DNA from: a bacterium
GTDB taxonomy: Bacteria > UBA9089 > CG2-30-40-21 > SBAY01
Length of the DNA stretch: 40,846 nt
Assembly (NCBI GenBank): GCA_040757115.1
Contig: JBFLYA010000006.1
Location: 1 to 40,846 of the forward strand
Reading direction: 5' to 3'
In this document: positions 29,701-35,800 of the stretch, piece by piece
Layout: every line of letters starts with the position of its first letter
How positions within the stretch are numbered: the first letter of the stretch is position 1
Position numbers and translations under genes: made by a program
The notes under the pieces: generated by a model
Told to the model about the DNA's origin: nothing
The model's database searches: none
Seen by the model: only the letters and a program-made list of their open reading frames with translations

Positions 29701-30372
29701 ACATCGCTATTCTTTGTAGTAAAGGATAATGCAGGAAAAGGAATACCAGGGGCAAAGATTACACTGATGCCATTAAATGTAGAAAATGTAGTGAGGGTCT
29801 TCAGACCCGTTGGGGAAAACGCAGAAAATGTAGTGAGGGTCTTCAGACCCGTTGGGGAAAACGCATCTAAAGATGCTCACTACAGACCCGTCTCGGCTGA
29901 GATTATCACTGATGAAAATGGTATGGCAGATATGGTCAAGCCTATCTGGGAATTGTCTGGTAACTACACCATAAAGGTGGTAAAGTTAGGGTATAACTGT
30001 GAAAGTGAGGAGATTACTATTACGGATGAGGAATCGGTTTTTGACCTTGACTTTGTCTTAGAAGCATCACAGCCGTTACCACCCCAGAATAAACTTTACC
30101 AGAATTACCCAAATCCATTCAATCCCAATCAGGAAGAAACACAGATTCCGTATGATTTAGCCGTGAATGCTCATATAGTCATTAAGATTTACAACATTGC
30201 TGGAGAATTAGTCAGGACATTAGAGGAAGATAAACTTGCCGGGTCAAATATTACTACCCCATGGAATGGTAGAAATGATGATGGTGATATTGTCTCCAAC
30301 GGCGTCTATTTCTATCAATTACATATTGGTGGAAGTGTAGTTGGGACTAAGAAGATATTAGTAATAAAATAG
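20725..30372 (+). CDS. giant secreted surface protein (3215 aa): Gly-rich parallel β-helix repeats, IPT/TIG x4, GH2-N-like sugar-binding jelly roll, PEGA, vWFA, CarboxypepD_reg-like x3, T9SS-type C-terminal sorting domain
   Basis: Signal peptide, then ~15 PbH1-like coils, each N.I..N.I.DN.GG.GG...G.GIYL.SS. IPT/TIG units follow (ISPTSGTVGTIVTVEG.GFG.TE...IDFG). YDDSSW...IYTGVDNEIHIYINGVNI...DIPKGYINPGRNVIAV matches the GH2 N-terminal sugar-binding fold. A PEGA domain (SSVPSEAKIYSDG...TPAVLTNLSTGSHQIVLTKP) is present. The vWFA MIDAS motif DRSGSM...ALYDGI...LTDGQEN is present. YIKGY.R...G.G..GV.VYL..... repeats occur three times. The C-terminus NYPNPFNP.T.I.Y.L...A.V.IKIYNIAGELVRTL......G.....WNG.N..G..V.SGVYFY matches Por_Secre_tail/FlgD-Ig-like. 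Confidence 0.88.
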   Translation: MCKKIIWGIMLGIVMIINAKVAVATDVSGTITSNTTWDVAGSPYIITADVIVDQGVTLEIEPNVVVKFATDTSLISYGTLTAVGIPNGTITFTSNKPTPAAGDWTSIKLSGTGSSRSQISYCLTQYAKQAVYLENTDNVTITYNTIRDNKGNDGIDNQATTGEIGAGIYLVSSTNNNIENNTIFNNIGGQGGDGGYGGGVGGAAAGGPGVGIYLSSSSKNTISQNTIFDNIGGQGGRGALFGGGGSGGSGAGIYLSSASVENTISQNTIFNNAGGQGGQSGDSAPGGAGDPGVGYGIYIDDSSCYNNTIATTNTYNGEPIHFYYSQTGIIIEDQILTGSPTTNLGKINLINCSDFTIRGNTISGARGYSGESGDPEGEQGGNGVGIYLYRSGSGVVTSNSISDNIGGRGGTGRKGWYAASTGGSGGMGCGIYLLSSTDVEISDNIISNNQGGRGGGSAGWGSGGKGGLGVGISLGSSTLNSISNNTISNSQGGLYGGGWPCGRNGLGCGIYIDSNSYNNIIDTTNTSDGQPIHYYYNRTGIIIENQTLTGTPTTNLGKIVLINCSNFIIRNNTISGARGDNGKTGWANQVGHPGEIGAGIYILSSTGNTIIDNTISDNQGGLGGGGGGDASGGPGGIGTGIYLGSSTNNTISGNTISNNSGGEGGHATYGNNSSVGGCGGDGAGIYLLSSTDNTILSNNILENSGGRGGGVYQQGNTGGVGAGIYLNSSDNNNISRNSITDNNGGTGGTGNCSRNKAGGAGGIGAGIYLNSSDNNNIRENNAITDNSGGTGGSGCPIGSNGNGVGIYGASSEVANLIYNNIYNNTTYNLSTDISPGTQTAEYNWWGTSVESEIVAKLSGKIDYIPWLMGTWTESAQITISPTSGTVGTIVTVEGEGFGSTETVQIDFGTTKTITTAATNGLGTFSVTFTIDNQPAGTTTVTATGLTSSYSATATFTIISITQPEITLISPTSGTVGTIVTVEGNGFGSTEAIRIDFGTTKTIKISTTNGSGQFTTTFTVDYQPGGTTTLTATGLTSNLVATATFVTITQPTTVIEQEDFWRYTYSPNSGWETLGYDDSSWSKGRAPFGNQSDGDWIPHTDWPAGTTLYLRKYIDLPASAKLTIYTGVDNEIHIYINGVNIFNASAHGFTYRWEYTFDIPKGYINPGRNVIAVQAVDWGGATGFDLKAIAEVNIPPMGSMAISSVPSEAKIYSDGMDTGKLTPAVLTNLSTGSHQIVLTKPLYNNWAETVTVSSGQTTEIDVPLRLSPTIILTPISGTVGIIITVTGENFSPNEAIRIDFGLISSITIASTTAYGTFATTFTVSSQPAGTTTIVATGLTSGSKAYATFTLTIPAQATLTVRLDQIDAAKFPTIECHVRVTQGTTSIAGLTADNFQLTEQSELESIATVEIISVSATNSAGVAIAHVLDRSGSMQGQKITDAKTAANSLVDMMQPLDRMAIVSFASNVTVDQSFTSNQSALHTAINNLVADGATALYDGIYTGIGQCTQEIGVKAVIALTDGQENSSSHTQQQVIDYAIASAVPVYTIGLGSDVNTDILTQIATTTGGTYHFAPNSTQLQEIFADIREEIEQQYLVTYNTHNPNYDGTLRNVVITASYNSAIGSDSGTYRVDEPPKIIRTPETIALGSQSQPANQPLTIAATITDNTAVTNATLFYRHSGTLTSYSQLTMTHMGNNLYKTTIPAASVNYPGVDYYITASDGRLVASDPKNNPEIYPYQIAVYPNEKPVIIHTPVSGALINSSVTITAYATDTTDYVTSVTLSYRIKGYVLYENVVMTKAGNTYTATIPANKMTFVGVEYYIVAMDNYGLRAYHGTDVNPHYIRPNVPPSITITAPPAQGAYATSSYTIAWVDADPDNDAQISLYYDTNNTNYDGSTITTGLSEDSSINSYIWNLSTIPEGSYYIYALIDDGTNTPVYDYSNGPLNIDHSLPRATITTTPASPITAAGTVYVILTASEKLSAVSLTFTPYGKSPLSIPLTTTDYITWQGNFQVTLYTGDGIGTFNYSLKDLFNNIVTGSQTFEIDVSGVIFTQSNYTFNVEKDYNQQGLVRVKNIDNEPHQFFAESINVPKPIAVNFMGDGSVDNPITLQPGEETNLILSMHTQYATKTNYSLGGNLTNDKGLISHTTININVRLPEVRFTVSLISEDPMTLAKTYRITNTGADPIPDLTIDLGALKDKVIMHPLLYSLYLGTSSSVEFKLIPIITETFSGLSGTWSVSSGDKVVEVLTTWQVTGTIYKVTLNQPKLVFDINYLYQYELEQHKVIVGYCPNGAPIWGWVADPRLIKSIDPFYIPTGFGTSNVKSANLSMHFTEGNIEQNRNTYIYMNNNEVGRLINVNPEGYYTFPVAPDYFMYPDPYVGNRRNEISMETDINPAHLAWVGNFRVTILLDKFEVYVIATSSAAATATAWALPYVHHNSDQLFVNITQPPEGFEYKIGAKVQIKAEVKDEHDIFQWLCNVCVSFTNSTQTLNLYDDGMHNDAGVNDGIYANYWYPANEGSVTITVVANNCKTQATATVSGNIIGNRPPSIDILTPTELQTLQGTTTISYQATDPDGDSLYFYIYYSASSIGPWNLFYSGVNTVYLWNTNILENGIYYIRVVASDPNGLTGSDTVKVTVKNKKPKIRVNPTAGSQCALVTVYGEDFGATETVQIDFGLHLNITTGMTNAEGSFTTFFTVDTQPVGTVSVVATGIDSHLRASADFTITALHYIKGYIRYANGEGIPGIKVYLMSPIVDDCFITSSDGYYEFTGLPTGYYRVRPYKEWYTFEPAGREYRILTASCDNQNYIGTPQRYYIKGRCNTEADEGIGGVQVVLSGSVQATYTTNASGYYAFWDVPAGTYTITPYRQFYTFVPANRILPNIDFHQAGQDFVGTSTTVERYYIKGTITDMSHNPLAGVRVYLFGTMDNVFITRADGYYEFTNLESGYYRTSLWKQGYTFEPSGRRYEYLCSHYEHQDFDDDGPPQGIQPPPPTSTLTSLFFVVKDNAGKGIPGAKITLMPLNVENVVRVFRPVGENAENVVRVFRPVGENASKDAHYRPVSAEIITDENGMADMVKPIWELSGNYTIKVVKLGYNCESEEITITDEESVFDLDFVLEASQPLPPQNKLYQNYPNPFNPNQEETQIPYDLAVNAHIVIKIYNIAGELVRTLEEDKLAGSNITTPWNGRNDDGDIVSNGVYFYQLHIGGSVVGTKKILVIK
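29781..29897. mobile_element. MITE-like palindromic element family 3 inserted in-frame in the giant CDS, with tandem 42-bp duplication
   Basis: gaaaatgtagtgagggtcttcagacccgttggggaaaacgca x2 then tctaaagatgctcactacagaccc. Nested hairpins tgtagtgag/ctcactaca and gggtct-tc-agaccc. The same element lies intergenic at 40607-40704. Translated as ENVVRVFRPVGENA x2 ...KDAHYRPV. Confidence 0.7.
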
Positions 30373-30468
30373 GACGCAGATGTACAGGATTTACAGGATT
30401 TTTAAAAAATATTATCCTAATAATCTACGGAGAAAAATCTTGCGTCCCAAAAAAGGAGGTAAAATAAA

Positions 30469-31413
30469 ATGTTAAACAAAAAGGTACAACAGGTAAGTAT
30501 AACTCTATTTCTTTCTTTACTCTCTACTCTCTACTTTCTACTTCCTAATGCCGAGGCAGGGGCGGATACCGGCGCTGATTTCTTAAAGCTGGGCGTAGGA
30601 GCAAGGGCATCTGCAATGGGTGAGGCATTTTGTGCCGTAGCAGATAGTGTTGACTCTATTTATTACAATCCGGCAGGATTAGCCCGGCTGAAACAAAAAG
30701 AGGTCTCTGCAATGTATGGCGATAAACGAGAGGATACTGCCCGCACATCATTAGTTTATGCCCAGCCACTACAAGAATGGGAAGCTGGTGGCGTATTAGG
30801 AATAGGTATCATCTATCAAGACTTAGGTGAGATAGAACTGCGTGATAAATCTAATCAACCACAAGGTTCTATCAATCCCGCTGAGTTTGCCGTGATTTTC
30901 TCCTATGCGAAAAAGTCTTATGAAAATCTATTATTAGGTGGGAATGTAAAATACATCCAACGCGAGCTTAAGAAAATAAAGGCTAAAGCCGTTGCCTTTG
31001 ACCTTGGTCTCCTATATTTCCCGCAAATCCCAAAATTCCTAAACCTCTCAGGAACAGGTTTAACTACAGGTCTGTGTCTGGAGAATATAGGTAGTAAGAT
31101 AAAGGGTGATGAGTTGCCGTTAAACTTACGGCTTGGTGTAGCGTATTCGCCTTTAAATAATCTCTGCTGTAGTTTAGATGTGAACCAACACCTTTATAAT
31201 TCCGACTTATGTTGGAATCTTGGGCTTGAATATAGATATAGTTTGTTGGCTGTCCGACTGGGCTATTTTGACAAAGGAAGACAGATAAAGGGATTGAGTT
31301 ATGGGTTTGGAATAAAGTATCTGGGTTATCAGCTTGACTTTGCTAATCTTGCCAGTGGTGAGATGGAAAATGCAGAAGATATGAACCGCATATCCCTCTC
31401 AGTGAGTTGGTAG
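30469..31413 (+). CDS. PorV/PorQ-family-like outer-membrane β-barrel protein (T9SS-associated shuttle family); alternative: UPF0164/FadL-like
   Basis: Signal peptide. N-terminal motif GADFLKLGVGARASAMGEAF.AVADSVDSIYYNPAGLA resembles the conserved PorV/PorQ N-terminal block (G..FL.IG.GAR..AMGGAF.AVADD.SA.YWNPAGL). Alternating β-strand pattern with an aromatic C-terminus (SLSVSW). Strong SD aaggagg. Confidence 0.55.
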   Translation: MLNKKVQQVSITLFLSLLSTLYFLLPNAEAGADTGADFLKLGVGARASAMGEAFCAVADSVDSIYYNPAGLARLKQKEVSAMYGDKREDTARTSLVYAQPLQEWEAGGVLGIGIIYQDLGEIELRDKSNQPQGSINPAEFAVIFSYAKKSYENLLLGGNVKYIQRELKKIKAKAVAFDLGLLYFPQIPKFLNLSGTGLTTGLCLENIGSKIKGDELPLNLRLGVAYSPLNNLCCSLDVNQHLYNSDLCWNLGLEYRYSLLAVRLGYFDKGRQIKGLSYGFGIKYLGYQLDFANLASGEMENAEDMNRISLSVSW

Positions 31414-31460
31414 CCGCAGGCTTGTATCCTGCGTAGCTCGGGTCAGTTCTGAAGAGTAAA

Positions 31461-31651
31461 TTTCCACCTGTGCGATTAGACTAATTCATCGCAGAGACGC
31501 AAAGGAAAAATAAATGTAAAATGTAAAATAGGAAATGAAAAATGGGAAATTTTAGTACTTCGCAAGACTCATTACCTTTCAGTTATACATTTTCATTTTA
31601 CATTTCTCATTTTACATTATCCATTTTACATTTAACCGCACAGGTGGAAAA
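31461..31651. mobile_element. MITE-like element family 2, copy B (inverted relative to copy A)
   Basis: tttccacctgtgcgattagactaattcatcgcagagacgc...catttaaccgcacaggtggaaaa is approximately the reverse complement of 20397-20583. It is followed by a tctgcgtctctg motif also seen at 10470-10495, 10705-10730 and 32750-32775. Confidence 0.7.
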
Positions 31652-31792
31652 TTCTCTGCGTCTCTGTGCCTCTGCGGTGAACAATTACGAAAAATTTCTC
31701 TCTTCAAACAAAAGCAAAAAGGAGGTGGTAAGATATTTCAACGCTGGCGAAGAGTTAACATAAAAATCTAAAACAAAAGGAGGTGAAAAAAA

Positions 31793-32428
31793 ATGAAAAA
31801 ACTAACATTACTTACTATGCTTGTCCTTGGGCTACTTGCTACCGCTACCTATACAACTACAGTATACGCAGAAGATACACAAGCTTATTATACGCAGAAC
31901 AACACACCTGTTCCTTCATCTATTGCATGGGGAACTGGAGTGAATACACCCTACCAGAGCTTCGGTGGAGGTCCCTGCGTAGCAACAATGACCCATACTT
32001 TTTACTATGACAGAGAATGTATAGTAGTGGATATTGATGATGACCACCTTGAATGGACATCCAGAGCGGGTGAGGCTGATTATATGATTATGTGGACAAA
32101 TATCTATGCCTGGGCAGCGGCTACTGGAACATATTATTTGCAGATAACTGCTACAGGAACTGACCATATAAAGAGAAGTGATGGAGCGACTATCACCACA
32201 TCCTATGCGTTAGTACCACCAAGTGGTCCACATCCTACTCCAGGTGATTTTATCCTGGCACCAGCCTTCAATGGTAATCTACCAAATACTCCAATTGAGG
32301 GTGTCAATGGTTCCCCAGTAAGATATGATAGAGACCTGTGGGCAAGGGTCCAACCAACCAACAATAATCCATTAGGAAAATACGAGGATGTATTCTACCT
32401 CACCTTTGCAATTACACTGACACCGTAG
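31793..32428 (+). CDS. small secreted hypothetical protein (211 aa) with signal peptide
   Basis: MKKLTLLTMLVLGLLATATY signal, strong SD aaggaggtg. Locally elevated GC (~45%). No recognisable domain. It is followed by a hairpin plus T-tract. Confidence 0.55.
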   Translation: MKKLTLLTMLVLGLLATATYTTTVYAEDTQAYYTQNNTPVPSSIAWGTGVNTPYQSFGGGPCVATMTHTFYYDRECIVVDIDDDHLEWTSRAGEADYMIMWTNIYAWAAATGTYYLQITATGTDHIKRSDGATITTSYALVPPSGPHPTPGDFILAPAFNGNLPNTPIEGVNGSPVRYDRDLWARVQPTNNNPLGKYEDVFYLTFAITLTP

Positions 32429-32470
32429 GAGGAACACACTATAAGAGTAGCAGTGTAGAACGAGAAGTAA

Positions 32471-32518
32471 GAGAGACCTGTTTCCTTTTTGTCGGAGAGG
32501 GGCGGGTCTCTCTTTTTT
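32471..32518 (+). terminator. putative rho-independent terminator
   Basis: gagagacc (32471-32478) ... ggtctctc (32505-32512) followed by tttttt, immediately after the stop of the 211-aa gene. The loop is long, so this is only moderately convincing. Confidence 0.45.
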
Positions 32519-32580
32519 ATAGCGGTTATTAACTGGAAGTTTACATAGGATAATACCCATAAATAAGGCATGAGAATAAT

Positions 32581-32706
32581 CGTTCCGTTAGGAACATAAT
32601 ATTGGTAGGAATAGATAGACAAATCAATCAGTTCCGTAGGAACGATATATTGGTAGGAATAGATAGACAAATCAATACAGTTCCGTAGGAACGATATATT
32701 GGTAGA
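32581..32706. promoter_or_regulatory. three tandem ~47-bp direct repeats, each with a gttcc-gta-ggaac hairpin core, 130-250 bp upstream of giant gene 2
   Basis: (c)gttccgt(t)aggaac(a/g)ata(a/t)attggtaggaatagatagacaaatcaat(a)ca x2 plus a truncated third copy. Candidate operator or iteron array. Confidence 0.45.
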
Positions 32707-32834
32707 AAATTTAATTCTAAGTAAAGTTTTGAATAATAACTGCTATATTCTTTGTGTCCTCTGCGTCTCTGCGGTGAAAAACTATTTTAATTTTTTCTCT
32801 TCCCTTTTATACATTTTTATGGTAAAATACTAAT

Positions 32835-35800
32835 ATGCTAAAGAAATTTATCTTAATGTTATTTATATTATTTCCAACTATTAGTAATGCAGGTAATTGG
32901 GTAGCGTTTAAAGAAGGTATTACTTCGCCTACAAAGCCTGAGATTATAGTTGTAAAAGAGGATGCTTCAGGTATTACCTTAGATGCAAGTATCTTGGGGA
33001 TGAAGGTAGAAGCACGGAGCACGGAGCACGGAGCACGAAGTGTAGGGACAGAGATATTTCAGTTGCTTAGTATTCCAGGGCATGAATATAGCTATACCCA
33101 GGAAGTAGGCAAACCCAAACTGCCATTCCTTCAAATTCTCCTTGCCATCCCGGATGATGTAGAAATTAATCTTTCCTCTATTTCTACTTCCCACTTCCCA
33201 CTTCCTACTTCCTACTTAATCTATCCCGTGCCAAAGCAAGTAATCAAGACCACCCCTGAAGGCTACAAATACATCGCTGAGGAGTTCTACATAGATGAAG
33301 ATTTCTACAAGCAAGACATCTGGTATCCGCAAGAGGATAAAGTTATCACTTATCATACCAGTTATCTTCGTGACCAGCGGATACTTTATCTACAAATCCA
33401 TCCTATTCAGTTTAACCCGGCAAAAAATCAGCTTCAGGCTTATTCTAATCTGAAGATAGAGATAAAATACATGGCTAAAAAGGGCAGAAGTATTTCGTTA
33501 AAGCAGTCAAAGATGGCAGAGCCTTTTGCTAATGTCTTGCAGAAATCTGTATTGAATTACCTAGGCTACGGGTCTAAAGACCCTCACTACTTTCGTGCAC
33601 CTAAAAGAATAGGCACGGTTACTTACCCCAGTATCCTTAAAAGCCCCAATAACTCAGCAGATTATTTGATTATCACTTCTTCATCTTATTACCATAATTC
33701 TGATGTAGCCAGACTGGCTGAACATCGTGCTGAGTTCAACGGCTTTGATGTGGCTGTGGTTAATACTACCTCTATCTACAATGAATTCCCTATTACCGAT
33801 AAAGGCACAACTACATCTATTAAGGACTTCATCAGATATGTCTATTATAATTGGTCTGCCCCATCTATGGAGGATAATCATCTGGGATATATCCTTATAT
33901 TTGGGGATGGGGAGGAGACCCGGGATTCTTATGTTCCATCTAAAGAGATTCGAGAGATATATCCAACTATAAGAAATCCGGTATCTGACCCGTGGTATGC
34001 TTGTATTAATGATGAAGATTTGGATTGGAGCTACTGGACAGTGGATATAATGATTGGACGATTGCCTGTAGAGACTGGGACAGATGCAAAGACAATGGTA
34101 GATAAAACAATCGGCTATGAAAAGACCCCTGAGTTAGGTCAATGGCGTAACAAGATTTTATTAGTTACAGGCGAAGATGGTCTTGAACTCACAGTAATAA
34201 AGGATAATTACCTTTTACCTGCCGGGTTTGAAGTCGCTGAAACTACCCGCGGTGATGAGGTGTTTAATGCCATAGATAGTGGTCAATTATTGGTCTCCTA
34301 TTCTGGACATGGTGTCCCATTCGGATGGGCAACGAATCCTGCTTTTTCTGCTGAGCACGATGTCTCAAAACTCTCTAATAGAGGCAAACTACCTGTAGTT
34401 TTAGCCGCTGCTTGTGATACCGCTTGTTTTCAATATGATTATGATTATGTTATAGGAGAAACATTCCTCACAAAAGAAAATGGAGGGGCTATTGCCTATT
34501 GGGGGGCATCTGATCCTACTGGGGCAAATACTGATATATTCATTATAAAGGCATACCAGTTCATAGCCGACTACACCCCAAATACCTTCTATCTTGGACA
34601 AATAACCCTTAATACCTATTTTCAGTCATTACCACAAGAATGGAACCTATTAGGAGACCCTGCACTAACTATCTCACGGGTAGGTCTTGAACCAGGTAAG
34701 GCAGAGTTAGAGGTTGAACCAGTTGATATCAGGTTTAATCCCCAATCCCCTAAACCTGGCCAGCAGACAAATATCTCTGCAATTATCCATAATCTCGGGG
34801 ATATAGATGCAAAAGATGTATTAGTCCAATTCTTCCTTGGCAAACCTGGTGAGGGTGGGATGGAAATAGGCTCTAAAACAATCCCTGCCATCAAGAGTAA
34901 TGACCAGGAAACAGCAGTCATAGATTGGAAACAAAATCTACCTATCGGAGAATATCCAATCTATGTAATAATCAATCCTTATAATACCATTTTAGAAGCA
35001 GGGACAATCAATAATACCACCTGTAAATCTATAGAGATAAATTTCTATCAAGAAGGCTATCCTAAAATCCCTGAGGGAGGATTTACCATAGAAAACTCTC
35101 CTGTCATAGGAGATGTAGATGGGGATGAGGATTTAGAAGTGATGGCTTGTGCAGGAGGATATGTGTATATCTGGCATCATAATGGTTCGCCACTAAATAA
35201 TTGGTATAAGATAATCCCTGACCTTGCAACACCTTCTCCTCCTCTTTTAGCCGAGGTGGATAATGATGATGGATTAGAGGTGATAAAGAATGGTGGTGGA
35301 GGATTCTACATCTTAAGGTCTGATGGTAGTAATCTCGCTGGTTTCCCAATCTCAGGGTCAAATACAAGCAGTCCTGCCCTTGGAGATATAGATGGAGATG
35401 GGGATTTAGAGATTGCTATAGGGATGAACAATAAATTCTATCTCTTCCATCATACCGGAGAATTAGTAAAAGGAGATTGGCCTATAGATATAGCCGTAAA
35501 CCAGAACTATCACCCAATGATAGCAGATATAGATAGAGATGGTCATCTTGAAATTATTGTCCTTGCTGATAAGATATATGTCTTTAATAGCGAAGGTAAG
35601 TTAATTCCTGGGCAATGGCCTAAGAGTATCTCAGGGTATATATTTACTAATGGATTGGCTATAGGTAATATTGATAATGATGATGAATTAGAGATTCTCA
35701 TTGTGACACAAGAGGAACCAAAGATATTTTTGCACGCCTTGAATTATGATGGAACTAATGTGACAGGTTATCCGAAACAGGTAGGAGGAATGGATTATGA

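Noticed and set aside
31542-31763. 73-aa ORF inside MITE copy B, and the 75-aa ORF at 31783-32010
   Set aside because: The first lies entirely within the family-2 MITE core. The second overlaps the start of the well-supported 31793 gene (strong SD, signal peptide) in another frame.
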